Below are positions 11,355 through 23,960 of a DNA stretch of 64,000 nucleotides, one piece after another. Source of the stretch: Mobula birostris (lineage: Eukaryota); contig NC_092376.1 in assembly GCF_030028105.1 (NCBI RefSeq), forward strand, positions 75,626,935 through 75,690,934, in the 5' to 3' direction. Under the pieces are notes generated by a model, which was not told where the DNA came from, ran no database searches, and saw only the letters and a list, made by a program, of their open reading frames with translations. Made by a program: the position numbers and the translations under genes. Every line of letters begins with the position of its first letter. The stretch's first letter is position 1.

Positions 11355-13520
11355 ACATTATGCAGGTAGATTGAGAAAATCGGGAGAGTGCTAAATCCCA
11401 AGAAGGGGAACTTGTAGAATGCCTACAAGATGGCTTTTTAGTGCAGCTTGTGGTTGAGCCCATTGGGGGTCAACTATTCTGGATTGGGTGTTGTGTAATG
11501 AACTGGATTCAATTTGGGAGCTTAAGGTAATGGAACTCTTAGGAGACAGTGATCATATTATGATAGAATTCACCCTACAATTTGAGAGGGAGAAGATAAA
11601 GTCAGATGTATCAGTATTTAGAGTGGGGTAAATGAAATTCCAGAGGCATAAGAGAGGAGCTGGCCAAAGTTGATTGGAAGGGGACACTAGCAGAGATGAC
11701 GGCAGAGCAACAATGTCTAGGGTAAGTCGGAAGGGGTAGATAAATCCAATGAAGAAGAAGTATTTTTAAAATTAGGGTGCCACATAAGTGACTAACAAGG
11801 GAAGCTACATCAAACATAAAAGCAAAAGAGTTGGGATATAATAGACTAAAAATTAGTGGAAAGTTAGAGGATTGGGAAACTTCTAAACACCACCAGAAGG
11901 TAACTAAAAAGCCATAAGGGGGAAAAAGATGAATTATGAAGGTAAGCTAGACAATAATATCATTGAGGACAGCAAACTTTTTTCAGATATGTAAAGAGTA
12001 AAAGAGAGGCGGGAGTAGATATTGGACTGCTGGAAAATGATGTGGATATATTAGTATTGATCTTTCAAGAATCAATAGAATCTGGCATGGTTCCAGAGGA
12101 CTGGAAAATTACAAATGTCACTCTACTCTTCAAGAAGGAAGGTAGGCAGAAGAAAGAAAATTATAGACCAATTAGCCTGACTTCAGTGGTTTGGAAGATG
12201 TTGGAGTCAATTATTAAGGATTTTTTTTTGGAGTACTAGGAAGCACATGATAAAATAGGCCAAAGTCAGCATGGATTATTTAAGGGAAAATCTTGTCTGA
12301 TAAATCTGTTGGAATTATTTGAGGAAATAACAAGCAGGATAGACAAATGAGTATTGGTGGATTTTGTTTACTTGTATATTTAAAAGGCCTGTGACAAAAT
12401 GCCACACTTAAGGCTGTTTGACAAGATCTGAAGGTATTACAGGAAATATACTAGAATGGAGACAGCATTGGCTGATTTGCAGGAGGCAAAGAGTGGGAAT
12501 AAACAAAGCCTTTTCTGGTTGACCGCTGGTGACTAGTGGTGTTCCACAGGGGTCTGTGCTGGACCACTTCTTGTTACGTTGTATGTCAAAGATTTGGATG
12601 GTGGAATTACATCATGTGGCCAAGTTTGTAGATGATACAAAGATAGGTGGAGGGGCAGTTAGTTTTGAGGAAGCAGGGAGTCTGCAGAAAGACTTAGCTA
12701 GATTCAGAGAATTTACAAAGAAGAGATAGATGGAATACAATATTGGGAAGTGTATAGTCATGCACTTTGATAGAACGAATAAAAGCATAGACTATTTTCA
12801 AAATGGGAAGAAAATTCAAAAATCTGAGGTGTGAAGGGATTTGGGAGTTCTGATGCAGGATTCCCTAAAGGTTAACTTGGAGGTTGAGTTGGTGGTGAGG
12901 AAGGAAAATGCAATGTTAGCATTTATTTTGAGAGAACTAGAATATAAAAGCAAGGATGCCGGTGAGGCCTCATTTGGAGTACCGTGAGCAGTTTGGGGCC
13001 TCTTATTTAATAAAGGATGTGTTGACATTGGAGGGTTCAAAAGAGGTTCACAAGAGAATGGAAGGCTTATCATATGAGGAGCCTATGGGTTTGGGCCTAA
13101 ACTCATTGCAGTTTAGAAGAATGAGGCAGTGTGGGGGGGAGTTCTCACTGAAACCTCTCAAATGTTGAAAGGCCTAGAGTGGATGTGAGGAGGATGTTTC
13201 CTATAGTGGGGGGAGTCTAGGACCAAAGGGGACAGCCTCAGAATAGAGGGGTGTCAAGTTACAACAGAACTGAGGAGGAATGTCGTTAGCCAAAGGGTGG
13301 TGAATCTGTGGAATTCGTTGCCACATTTGGCTGTGGAGGCCAGGACATTGGGTGTGCTTAAGACGGCTGTTGATAGGTTCTTGATAGGTCAGGGCATGAA
13401 ATGTTATGGGGATAAGACAGGGGAATGAGGTTGAGAGGGAAATGGATTAGCCATGATGAAATGGCAAAGCAGACCTGATGGGTCAAATGGCCTAATTTTA
13501 CTCCAATGTCTTGTGGTCTT
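11355..13520 (+). mobile_element. CR1 LINE ORF2 (endonuclease end plus RT), decayed
   Basis: [53 protein letters not shown]; CR1 3' end. Confidence 0.9.
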
Positions 13521-13699
13521 GTTATCAAATACCTTTTTTATAGTCTCGGTTCACAACGTCATCAGCATTGCCTTCATCTATGCTCTTCATTAGTACATAA
13601 AAACATAATTTGCATTCTACAAATCCATGTTGGCTTTAAGTTTATGTATCAAGCTTGTCAAACAGCTGTTATTTTCTTCCAATTATTTTTTCTAAGAGA

Positions 13700-13866
13700 T
13701 AAGCACAAAAGATACTGTGGATACTGGAAATTCAGAGACATGCACACAAAATGCTGAAGGAACTCAGCAAGTCAGACAGTATCTATAGAAAGGAATAAAC
13801 AGAGGATGTTTTATGCCAAGATCTGTCTTTCCTGCTGAGTTCCTCCAACATTTTATGCGTGTTGTA
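13700..13866. mobile_element. Palindromic Penelope-derived short element
   Basis: cacacaaaatgctgaaggaactcagcaag ... cctgctgagttcctccaacattttatgcgtg inverted ends. Confidence 0.55.
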
Positions 13867-14200
13867 TAGTTTCTAAGAGCTTTCCTACTGTTAATGTAAA
13901 ACTAACTAGCCTGTAATTGTTAGGTTTATGCTTCGCTGTCTCTCTAAACAAGAATACAACCTATGCAATCCTCCTGTTCTTGAGCAAGGAATTCTGTCAC
14001 TTCTGCCATTATCTCATTCAGGAAACTAAAATGCATTCCATCTGGAATACCAGAATACCTTCAGAATTTTCTTTCTTCAACCAACACTTTTGCAAAACAC
14101 ATTTAGTATATTAAATTGCAGTCAAATGAACTGAAATTTGGAAATGGAGAACAAATTATTTAAGGTTACCAACTAAGAAAAAATATTTTTGCAGTTCACA

Positions 14201-14338
14201 TCTCTCTCTCTCCCTCTCTCTCTCTTCCCCTCTCTCTCTCCCCCTCTTTCTGTCCCTCTCTGTCTTCTTTATCTGTCTTTCTGTCTCTGTCTATCTGTCT
14301 CTCTCTTTCTCTTTCTCTCTCTTTCTCTCTCTCTCTCT
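14201..14338. repeat. (CT)n-rich microsatellite
   Basis: Directly visible. Confidence 0.9.
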
Positions 14339-14537
14339 TATCCACTTTTCCAGCATTCTAGACAATTATCAGTCACTCCCTTTCTCATTATTAGAAGGGC
14401 CTTCTGTCCCAGCTCTTATTTCACCTTCAACCACATGTATCTTTTCCTTTAATGGCTTCATACAACACACTAACAGCTGTCTCTTCTCAGCTGGTTACAA
14501 TTGTAGAACCACTAAACAGTCATACAATTTCCTGACT

Positions 14538-14687
14538 TCATGTTGCAGCATTTGGCTTTCCATTCATCACCAATCCATCCTGTTTCTCAGTTGTCTCTCC
14601 TCCAGAACTCAGTCTGTATATCGAGGGCAGAGATGCTTCTGACCCCTCATTTTCTTTTTCAGCAGCCACTCTTTTTACAAAACAAAT
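14538..14687 (-). CDS. Possible terminal coding exon of an unidentified host gene
   Basis: Acceptor cttctcttttcag at 14700-14688, then an open frame ICFVKRVAAEKENEGSEASLPSIYRLSSGGETTEKQDGLVMNGKPNAAT*; non-repeat sequence; protein not recognised. Confidence 0.2.
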   Translation of the reverse strand: MCFVKRVAAEKENEGSEASLPSIYRLSSGGETTEKQDGLVMNGKPNAAT

Positions 14688-16762
14688 CTGAAAAGAGAAG
14701 GAGCTCTTCTTAATATTCCAACTGGTTATTGCAACTATACTCATCATTATCAAAAAGTTATCCCTAGAGTTTAGTTCCTTCAGTTGACACCCAATTATAG
14801 GAGAAGGTGACCAACATACTGTAAGTGTGACTGTTTATCAAATAATTTCATGCATGATCTTAAAACAGCTAACTTTCCTCTTCCCCCTCATTCCTTCTCA
14901 ACTCCAGGAACATACAAGTGAACAAATCCGCAGATAAGGTTGCCAATATTTATTTCCTCCATCTCAATCATTAATACAAAGAATGTTGGCAGACTCTGCT
15001 TGAATGAGCCAGAACCAATAGTCCTGTCAGGTCAGCTTCTCTTTGAACTCTGGAAGGAAAAATAAGTGGGGGGTGGGGGAGGGGAATCTGAATCTTTGAA
15101 GGCATTGGAATTCCAATCATACAGAACCATGCTGAAAGATGGAGTCTGATTCCAGGTTGTATACTGTTACTTCCTATGTCATTGTCATTCTGGAGTCTAC
15201 CATGGAGTGAGTGACCTCGCACAAGCACACAGGAAACTGTTTCTTCTGGTGAAAATTATTATTGCAAGTCTTTGCAGTTTAGTCAAAAATTGCACTGTCA
15301 TTCAACTCTTAAACTTAGTGAATTACATTAGTCAGATCTTTCTAGGTTCTATATGCTCTGGACTTGAGAAAAACTAACCAATGGTGCATGCCCATGGTTT
15401 TTACACTGTGAACTATTGAGAAAATGATGTTGGCTATGACAGAAATATTGGTGACTGCTTAATGCCACTTTATACATACGTATTCAGAGATATATAAAAT
15501 ATGTTGCCTGCAGTGAACCAGTGACTAAAAGTTAAAGAGTTGTACTGACTTTACTGAGAGTCAGACAACCTGACCCACAATTCAGACAACCCTCTGTTGG
15601 AAAAGCAGGGGTTGTGACATCCTGTATGGAGAAACACAATCATCTGTTGACTGCTCCTCACGTTCACTTAAAAATTAACTCTTGCCTTTCACAGCTGGTA
15701 GAACTCATCCCACTCAACACCTGCACCCACTTCCTTGTGATATGCTCAGCTGCTATAGATGTTTTCTGCTGAGAATGCTGTTCCTGTAACAGTTTTCATC
15801 AAGATCAAAGTTACAGTAACAGCATAGAATGAGCAGTAGAGATTAGTGAGAATAAAAGCAAGTCTGAATTTTTTAAAAATCTGGAAGCTGGAAAGTAGAA
15901 TTCAAATAATTCCAGTGCTCTAATTACCAGAAGATGAATATTTCTTTGAAGAGTGCTTTTCATGGACCTTAAAGAACAATCCTAATGTGCAGAAACGATT
16001 GCAATTTCACATTAAAATCAGATTTAAATTCTTTATATGCACAACTTGCAGATGTTATAAGTCCCCTCCTGCTTTGGTAATTCATTGATAGAATAAAACA
16101 CCAGGCAGTTGAAATAAATGCTAAGAGAATGCAGAGAGAAGCAGTGAACACTGTGGTGACTTACATTGCCTCCCTACTAGCTAGTGGTTAAAATTGCCTC
16201 TATGACACTACCTTACACAACTTATAAATGATGGAGGAATTAATTCTGATCTCCTTGTTTATGCAACTAGTACTGACTCCCAGTAAGAACAGCTACCAAT
16301 AAGAACTGCATAATGTAGCTTTGTATATTATATATTCTGTAATGTGCAATATATGCTGCCTGAGATAAACCTGTGACGAAGGTAGTTAAGACACCAAAAC
16401 TGATTCAATCATATAGTGTGACAGTGACATGAGTTCTAATACAGTAGAACAAATCATGATTGTTGTCTTTGAATATTAAGCAGTTGAAATAACTCCTGTA
16501 TTTTAAATCAACAGGCCAACCAACTCATTCATATTGGCACCTAATTAAAAAAGAACCATTTTTAAAATTTCTTGTAGAATACCTGTTGAGTTAACTTATT
16601 AAATTGTGACTTTACATGAAATTCAAAAAATTGTCATCTATTCTGTGTGTCAAACTTATGATTAAGCAATGCTTGTTCCATGAAATTTTGTTCCACTGTG
16701 ACAAAAGTGCTGAAGGGCAACTTGCAAGATGCCCTCTTAACAGCATGGCTGAAATAGTACAC

Positions 16763-17012
16763 TGAATCAGAATCGGAATCAGATTTAATGTCACCTGTAT
16801 ATGGTGTGAAATTTGTTAACTTTACAGCAGCAGCACAATGAAAAACATGATAAATAAATACAGAGAAAAGACTGAGATGCATTAAGTATATAAATGTCTA
16901 TTAAATAGTTCAGTTAAAGTATGTCGCGTAAAAAAAGAAAATAAGAAAGTAGTGAGGTTGCCTTCAAAGATTCAATGTCCATTTAGAAATCGGATGGTAG
17001 AGGAGAAGAAGC
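16763..17012 (-). mobile_element. Rex1/Babar LINE 3' tail
   Basis: gaatcagaatcggaatcagatttaat...gaaatttgttaactt is the reverse complement of the 1000-1063 tail. Confidence 0.7.
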
Positions 17013-17404
17013 TACAGTCACTTTAGTCAAAACTAACAACTTAAAGTTAAAAATACAAAGCCTATGAATACTTCCTCAGTCAATATTAATTGAGATTCTT
17101 CTTCAGAACTGTCTAAAATACTACACAGTCTTCTTCAATACACAAAATTAACTCAATTCTAAGAAAAGTGTAGAAATTTTGTAACAGCAATTTTTGTCTT
17201 TTGAAATAGTTATTGATTTTTGACCATTTCGACAGAAAGAACATGTATGTGTAAAGTTTAAATTTACTTGAATATAATCACATTTACTGGATCAGAGGAG
17301 TAGCAGACACCTTATTGATTTTCACAGAAGATATCGGAAACAAGTACTGTAATTTAATGTTCTGATTACTGTTCACATTCACAGTTATTGCAGGGACTAT
17401 ATTC

Positions 17405-18220
17405 ATCTGAATGTTGTTGTACATTACAATGGGACATTGACAGGATGCATTGTCGGGCTGAGAAGTGGCAGCTGAAGTTCAATCCAGAAGTGTGTGAAGT
17501 GATGCACTTTGGAAGGTAGAACTTGATGGAGAAGTAGAAAGTTAGTGGCGGGATTCTTAGCAGTGTGTAGAAACAGATGAATCTTTGCATTAAAATCCAC
17601 TGAACCCTTAAAATTGATCAAAGGTGATTAAAAAGGTATATGGCGTTTTAATCAAGGGATTGAGTTCACAGTCATGAGGTAATATTGCAGCTCTATAAAA
17701 CTCCAGTTAGACCACACTTGGAGTATTGTGTTCATTTCTAGTTGCCGCTTTATAGGAAGGATGTGGAAGCTTTAGAGGGAATGCAGTACAGTTTTCCCAA
17801 GCTTAGAGAGCATGTCTTATAAGGAAAGGTTAAGTGAACTAGGGCTTTTCTCTTTGGAACAAAGGAGGATAAAGTTTGATAGATGCGTATAAGATATTAA
17901 GAGGCACAGATCAAATGGGCAGCAAGTGCTTTTCCCAGGGTGGCAATAACTAATACAAGTGGGTACATAATTTTAAGGTGTTTAGAGGAAAGAATAAGGG
18001 GGATATCAGAAGTGTGTTATTTACAGGACATTGGTATGTCCATGGAAGGCACTGCCGGGGGTGGTGGTAGAGGAAGATATATTAGGGGCATTTAGATAGG
18101 CACATGGATGAATGTTAAATGGAGGGCTGAGTTAGATTGCTCCTAGAGTAGATTAAAAGGTTGGTACAACAGAGTTGGCTGAAGGGCCTGTATTGTGCTG
18201 TACTCTTGTATGTTCTATGT
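17405..18220 (+). mobile_element. CR1 LINE 3' fragment
   Basis: WAEKWQLKFNPEVCEVMHFG, VRPHLEYCVHF motifs; 3' end gggcctgtattgtgctgta...tgttctatgt. Confidence 0.85.
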
Positions 18221-18469
18221 TAGTAGCACAGTGATGAGACTGAACATAGTCCAGGGTGTCTCAAGCAGTTGTGGAAGTAAATATCTTCACATTGACTGCA
18301 TTGCTTCACCAGGAGTGACTGCAGTTTTGTTTGTCTGACTGACAGACTGCAACTGTGATGAATGAAGTCATCAGTGAGGGCAACAATTTCATACTCTACT
18401 GTTACTGTATCTGTACAGACACAAAGTAATGTTATCAATCTCTTTGTTTGCCCTCGTCTATCGTATGTG

Positions 18470-19390
18470 ACAAAATATACAGCAGATGTTGGAACCTGGA
18501 GTGAAAAACTGGTGGAAGAACTCAATCGGCCAAGTGGCATACAAGGCAGGAAAGATATTATTGGCATTTTGGGTTAACATTTTGGACTGGTACATGGTTT
18601 TTAACCCAAAGTGCCAACAACTTCTTTCTTCCCACGGTGATGCATGGGAGAGGAAGACCTGTTGAGTTCTTCCAGCAGATTGTTTGTTATTCCATCTGCC
18701 ATTCCCCCAAGTCCAGGCACACTCACCTCCCCTAAATGGTGCAAGTTACCTGTGATCATATACCCTTCAGCTGTCCACCAATCACCTTGGACTCCTGATT
18801 CACCACTTCCCTTCTGGCCATCTCGCCTCCAGACCCATTCCTGAAGGAGGTTTTTGACCCAAAATGTGAACAATTCCTCCCCCCCCCCCCGCCCACAGAT
18901 ATGCTCAGCACACCGACTTCCTCCAGCAGGTTGTTTGTAGCAGTCTCTTGTGACTTCCTTGAATTCAAATTCTGTGTAGGACTTGGTGCAATTAACCTCC
19001 AGGATACATTAATGCAGTATGTTTCCTTCCTGCCACTATTAACAATGTGGTAAGTTCTTTATCACATCTTCCCCTCTCCTACCCTTTCAGCATTTCTCAG
19101 GGCCATTGCTTCTTAATTCCTGGTCCATTCTTCAGTTCCCTTCAACTGCTTCCCCCCCTCCCGCCCCACCTTTTATGTTGTACTTTGCCTTGCAACACTT
19201 GTCCTTCTCACCTATTCTCTTCCCACCATCCAGGAGGCCAGACTATCTTTCCAGGTGAAGCAATGATTCACTTGCCCTCGTTCCAATCTGGCATACAACA
19301 CTGGTGTTCACAATGTGGTCTCCTCTGCTTTGGAGAAAACAATTTGCAGATCGGGTGACTGCTTTGTTGAATACTTATGTTCAGTCTGCT
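18470..19390. mobile_element. Cluster of Penelope-like terminal repeats and GIY-YIG remnant
   Basis: Inverted terminal-repeat copies; FQV..FTC..S.L...I.CSQCGLL.(I)GE-like remnant at ~19250-19340. Confidence 0.55.
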
Positions 19391-19399
19391 CAAGGAGAA

Positions 19400-19935
19400 C
19401 TTGGTAACCTGCCTCTATGATTACCATCCACTAGCACTTGCATTCACAGTGATTAAGTGTTTTGAGAAATTGGTAATGAAACCTCCTGCCTGAGGACTGA
19501 CTTAGAATTGTTCCAATTTGCCTACCTTCACAAAAGGTCAATAGCAGATGCCATTTCATTGGCTCTTCGCTCAACCCTGGAACATCTGGACAGTGGAGAT
19601 GCACATATCAGGATGCTTTTCATTGACTACAGCTTGACATTCAGTACTATCACTTCATCAAAACTAATCAATAAGTTCCAAGTCGTGGGCCACAATACCT
19701 CTTGTGCAATTGGATCCCTGATTTCCTCACTTGCTGACCTGCTGGCTCCTCTGCTCTATTGGCTTTAAGCTTATGACTACAACTCGCACTCAATGTCAGC
19801 AAAACCAAAGATCTGATTACAGGAGGAGGAAACTAGAAGTCCATGAGTCAGTCTTCATCAGGGGATCAGAGGTGGAGACAGTCAGCAACTTTAAATTCCT
19901 CATTGTTATAATTTCAAAGAATTTGTACTGGGTGT
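19400..19935 (+). mobile_element. Rex1/Babar RT fragment
   Basis: QFAY..KRSIADAISLAL...HIRMLFIDYS; VETVSNFKFL. Confidence 0.8.
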
Positions 19936-20469
19936 CCTGCTTTTTTTAATAACTTCCTGATTAAATTTATAACATCTGTCATCATCCCTGATTTCTGAAC
20001 CCTTCCAATATTTCTTTTTCACAGCAACTTCTTGGCCCTGAATTTTGACCAGATGACATTCAAATTACTTCCACATTTCAGATGAGACAAATCCAATAAA
20101 AGCTGTTCATTGTCTATTCTCCCCTGTTCCTACTTTATATTTTTAAAATTAACTTTCCTCAGTCTTTAAGATCCAGTCTTATTTTTAACCATAACTATAT
20201 GAAAACTTACAGGATTATGATCACTGTTCCCAAAATGCTCACCCATTGAAATCTTAGCTTACTTGGCCAGGCTCATTTCTAATACAATGTTCTTGATGGG
20301 ACTATCTACATGTTGTATCAAGAAACCCTCTTGGTTGCACCATAGCTGGATTATGATTATTTCCTCATTTTCTCTATCCCTCCTTTCTTAAATCATTGGG
20401 TTAGCTTTCTTACAGTCTGTGGAAACCCTTCTACAACCTATGGAATTTTGTAAGGTGACATCTACTGCA

Positions 20470-20810
20470 TCAAAGTTTCAAAGATTCAAAGTACATTTAT
20501 TTTCAAAATATGTATGCAGCATCCAATCCTGAAATTCATGTTCCCCACAGACAGTCACAAAACAAAGATGAACCTTGGAACCAACCCGTTCAAAGAAAAT
20601 CAACAAACGTCAAACCCCCTTTCCCTCAAGCTCAAAAAAAATCACACAAATAGCAACAAAAAACCCCCAGTGGAAACAGAGAATACAAAACACAAAATCA
20701 AAAAGCATATTTCAGTTCACTCAGTGTTTATTATCTGCAGGCTGTCCCAATTCAAAATTACCTAAAAGTAGTAAAAAAAAAGAATGAACAGAACTAGAAC
20801 AAGAAACTAG
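20470..20810 (-). mobile_element. Non-autonomous repeat, same family as the Tc1 host at 39850-45545
   Basis: cacagacagtcacaaaacaaag...gaatacaaaacacaaaatc...catatttcagttcactcagtg matches the joined flanks of the Tc1. Confidence 0.65.
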
Positions 20811-20964
20811 AAACGATTCTTTGTGCCATTGCTTTCTAAGCCTTGGGTTGTCAGTCACTGAATTCTGGGAAATTATTGGTTCCAATAATTTCCCCAATTA
20901 CACTTTTTTGCCAATGCTAACTTCTTTCAAATTCTCAAGGATGTCAAAATTGGTATCATGTTTT

Positions 20965-21610
20965 TTTTTTATCCTTGACATATGTCATGAAATTTGTAGT
21001 TTTGCAGCAGACATAGAAATTACTAAAAGTTATAAAAATAAATAAATAATGCAAAAATTTGAATTACAAGGCAGAGTTGATGATTCACGGCCCATTTAGA
21101 AATCTTATGGTAGAGGGGAATAAGCTATGCCTAAGAGGTTGAGTGTGGGTCTATAGGCTCCTGTACCTCCTCCCCAAAGTGATGAGGGCATATCCTGTAA
21201 TGTGAGGATCTTTAATGATGGGTATCACCTTCTTGAAGCACTGCCTTTTGAAGATGCACTTGATAGCAGGGAAGGTTATCCACTTGATGGAACAGATTGC
21301 ATCTACAACCTACCTCAACCTCTTGTGATCCTGTGCATTGGAGCCTCCATAACAGGCTGTGTTGCAACCAGTCAGCATGGTCTCCATTGTACATCTGTAG
21401 AAATTTGTAAGAATCTATGGTGAAACCAAATCTCCTGAGATTCCTAATGAAATAGAATTACTGGCATGTCTTCCTTGTGATTGCATCAATGTGTTGGACA
21501 AAGATAGTTTCTTCAAGATGTTGATATAGTGCTCATCACTCTTTCCACCACTAACCACTCAATGAAACTCATGTGCATTCTCCCGACTTCCCCTTCCTGA
21601 AGTCCGCAAC
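20965..21610 (-). mobile_element. Rex1/Babar LINE 3' fragment
   Basis: Reverse complement of the 318-1063 family. Confidence 0.7.
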
Positions 21611-23704
21611 TTCTTCACTCTAGATTATTTCTTCTCCAATATTTCTGGCAGGATTTCAGTGTTTTCCTCTAAAATAGCTACAAACATTTGCTTAATTTCT
21701 TTGATATTTCCCTATTCTCCAATGTATCTGCTGTTTATGTCTGTAATAAACCTGCAATACATAATCATAGGAGTTTATGTCATTCTTTTCATTGCTACCC
21801 TCAGGAAGGAGGTACAGAAGCCTGAAGGCACATACTCAGTGATTTAGGAAGGGGTTCTTCCCCTCTGCCATCTGATTTCTAAATGGGCTTTGAACCCATG
21901 AACACTACCTCACTACTTTCTTTTATTACTGTTTTTGTACTACTTATTTCAATTTAACTATTTAATATACTGCACGGATACACTTACTGCAATTCAGGGT
22001 TTTTTTTTGCTATATTTGTTGTGGATTGCCACTAAGTTAACAGACTTAGTGACACTATCATGGCCAACCCATAGATTTGTAGTTTGCTTTGTTTAGATTT
22101 TTTTAAAATCTTGTATTTTAATTGAATTACATGACCAACAATCTTTATATAAAATTCTTAAATATGGAGAACACTCTAATTGGAATACCAGATAATCAAT
22201 TAAACCTTTCTTGTTGCACAACACTGGATCTAAAACAACCTGTTCCTTCATTGGCTCTACTTCATACAGATACAGAAAACCAAATCTTTCACACTCTCTA
22301 ATTTTCCTGTATATTATTACTCTTAAGTTGGTTTGCCTAGCCTAAACATACAGTAGGTTAACCTCCCTCATGATTATTGCATTATCCTTATTCCATTGCC
22401 TCTAAATTCCTGATTTACACTGTTATCATCCACAATGCACTTCTGTTTGGAGCTTATTGTCAACTTCCAATAACAAAACTGCCTTTTATTCCTTTTTGAG
22501 GTTCACACAAACTAATTCTACTTCATAAACCTGTGCCAATTTGAACTTGGTCAGAGTAGATACCTTTGCCATTATATGATTTTAATTAGACCCATTCTTT
22601 CCAAATCTTCAAGTATATGATAAAAAGGAAGATGAAATTGAAATTTTGAATGAACACAAAATGAAAGTGTCATATATTGCCCATGAAAGACCCTGCATTG
22701 TTTTTCCTTTACTTTGAATTCAATGGATAGAGAAATTGATTTAAATTTGTAATAAGTAGTATTAGCAGTTTAGCATCTCTGCTATCATTGAATAATCTAG
22801 TCATTCGTGCAGGTAAATTAAAATATATATTTCTAAATTTTAATTGATTCTCTTGCCTCTGAAATGCTAGTTGATCATATAATCATTATGTGGTATATTG
22901 AACTACTGTATGACCACTGTAGAATACAGATGAAAAGTTATTTGACATTCTGCCTCAAGCTGTGCAGTTATTTAAAACTATTGCTTTTGTGAATAGAAAG
23001 GATGTTTGTGTTTCTTTCTATCTAAGCTTAAACTTGTCAATGCATAAAAATTGATGTAATGTACCTCTCAGAAAAATGAGCAGTGGAGGCTGAGTTGATG
23101 CATTATCTGCATGCAAATTATTCAAGAGCAATTTGAAATTGACTTGTGTGCTAACTTCCTTCAAGAATGTGGTTTGACAAGCCTTACCTTCAACTTATTT
23201 CACTGTGAAGGCAACTATGCAAAATCAAAAAAAATCTTCTCTACCCCCAAACTCTTGCATTCTTTTTGTAGAAGTGTGGAGGAGCAGAATATTGGAAAGT
23301 TGAAAAATATGAAGAAGCTGGCTCTATGAAAGTTCCTGGAATCAAATGATTTCCATGATTCTGGCAGGGCAAAATATATTTGAGCAAGTCAGAGCATAGT
23401 CTATTTACTTAAAGGATTGCACAGTTTTAATACTCTGCCATGGAGATCAGATAAAGAAGGGGAGAAATTGTTCAAACAGCTAAGTAGAAGCCATCAGATT
23501 CAACAGCACAACTTACGCTGAAATGGGTAACAATGTCTAATATCCAGGGAGGTCCTTGCATGTTTCAAATGTAATGACCTCAACAAATCATCAAAGGTTA
23601 GTTCATAGCCACCCGACTAATCGAGCATCTTACTGTAAAAACAAAGAGGAGTCTGTTCTCTTTCTCAATATTCATGCAATTTTACTCAGAGAATTACTTA
23701 TTTA

Positions 23705-23960
23705 TAGATATCATGTGGAAGAAGGCTTCTGGCCCAAAAAGCCACATTGCCTAGCACGGCAACCCAACTACTTAATACTAGCCCAATCATGGGAGAATTT
23801 GCAGTGACCAATTAGTTTACTAATTACTACACCTTTGGACTGTAGGAGGGAACTGGAGCACCCAGAAGAAACCCACATTTTCACGGGGAGAACATACAAA
23901 CTTCTTATACATGGCACCTCAAATGAACTCCTAGCTCCAACCGCTACGTGAACTGTAGCA
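23705..23960 (-). mobile_element. V-SINE/HE1-like SINE
   Basis: ctttggactgtaggagggaactggagcacccagaagaaacccac...cacggggagaacatacaaact (V-domain-like, minus strand). Confidence 0.6.

Noticed and set aside
14189-14452. Leu/Ser-rich membrane-protein ORF
   Set aside because: Translation of a (CT)n microsatellite
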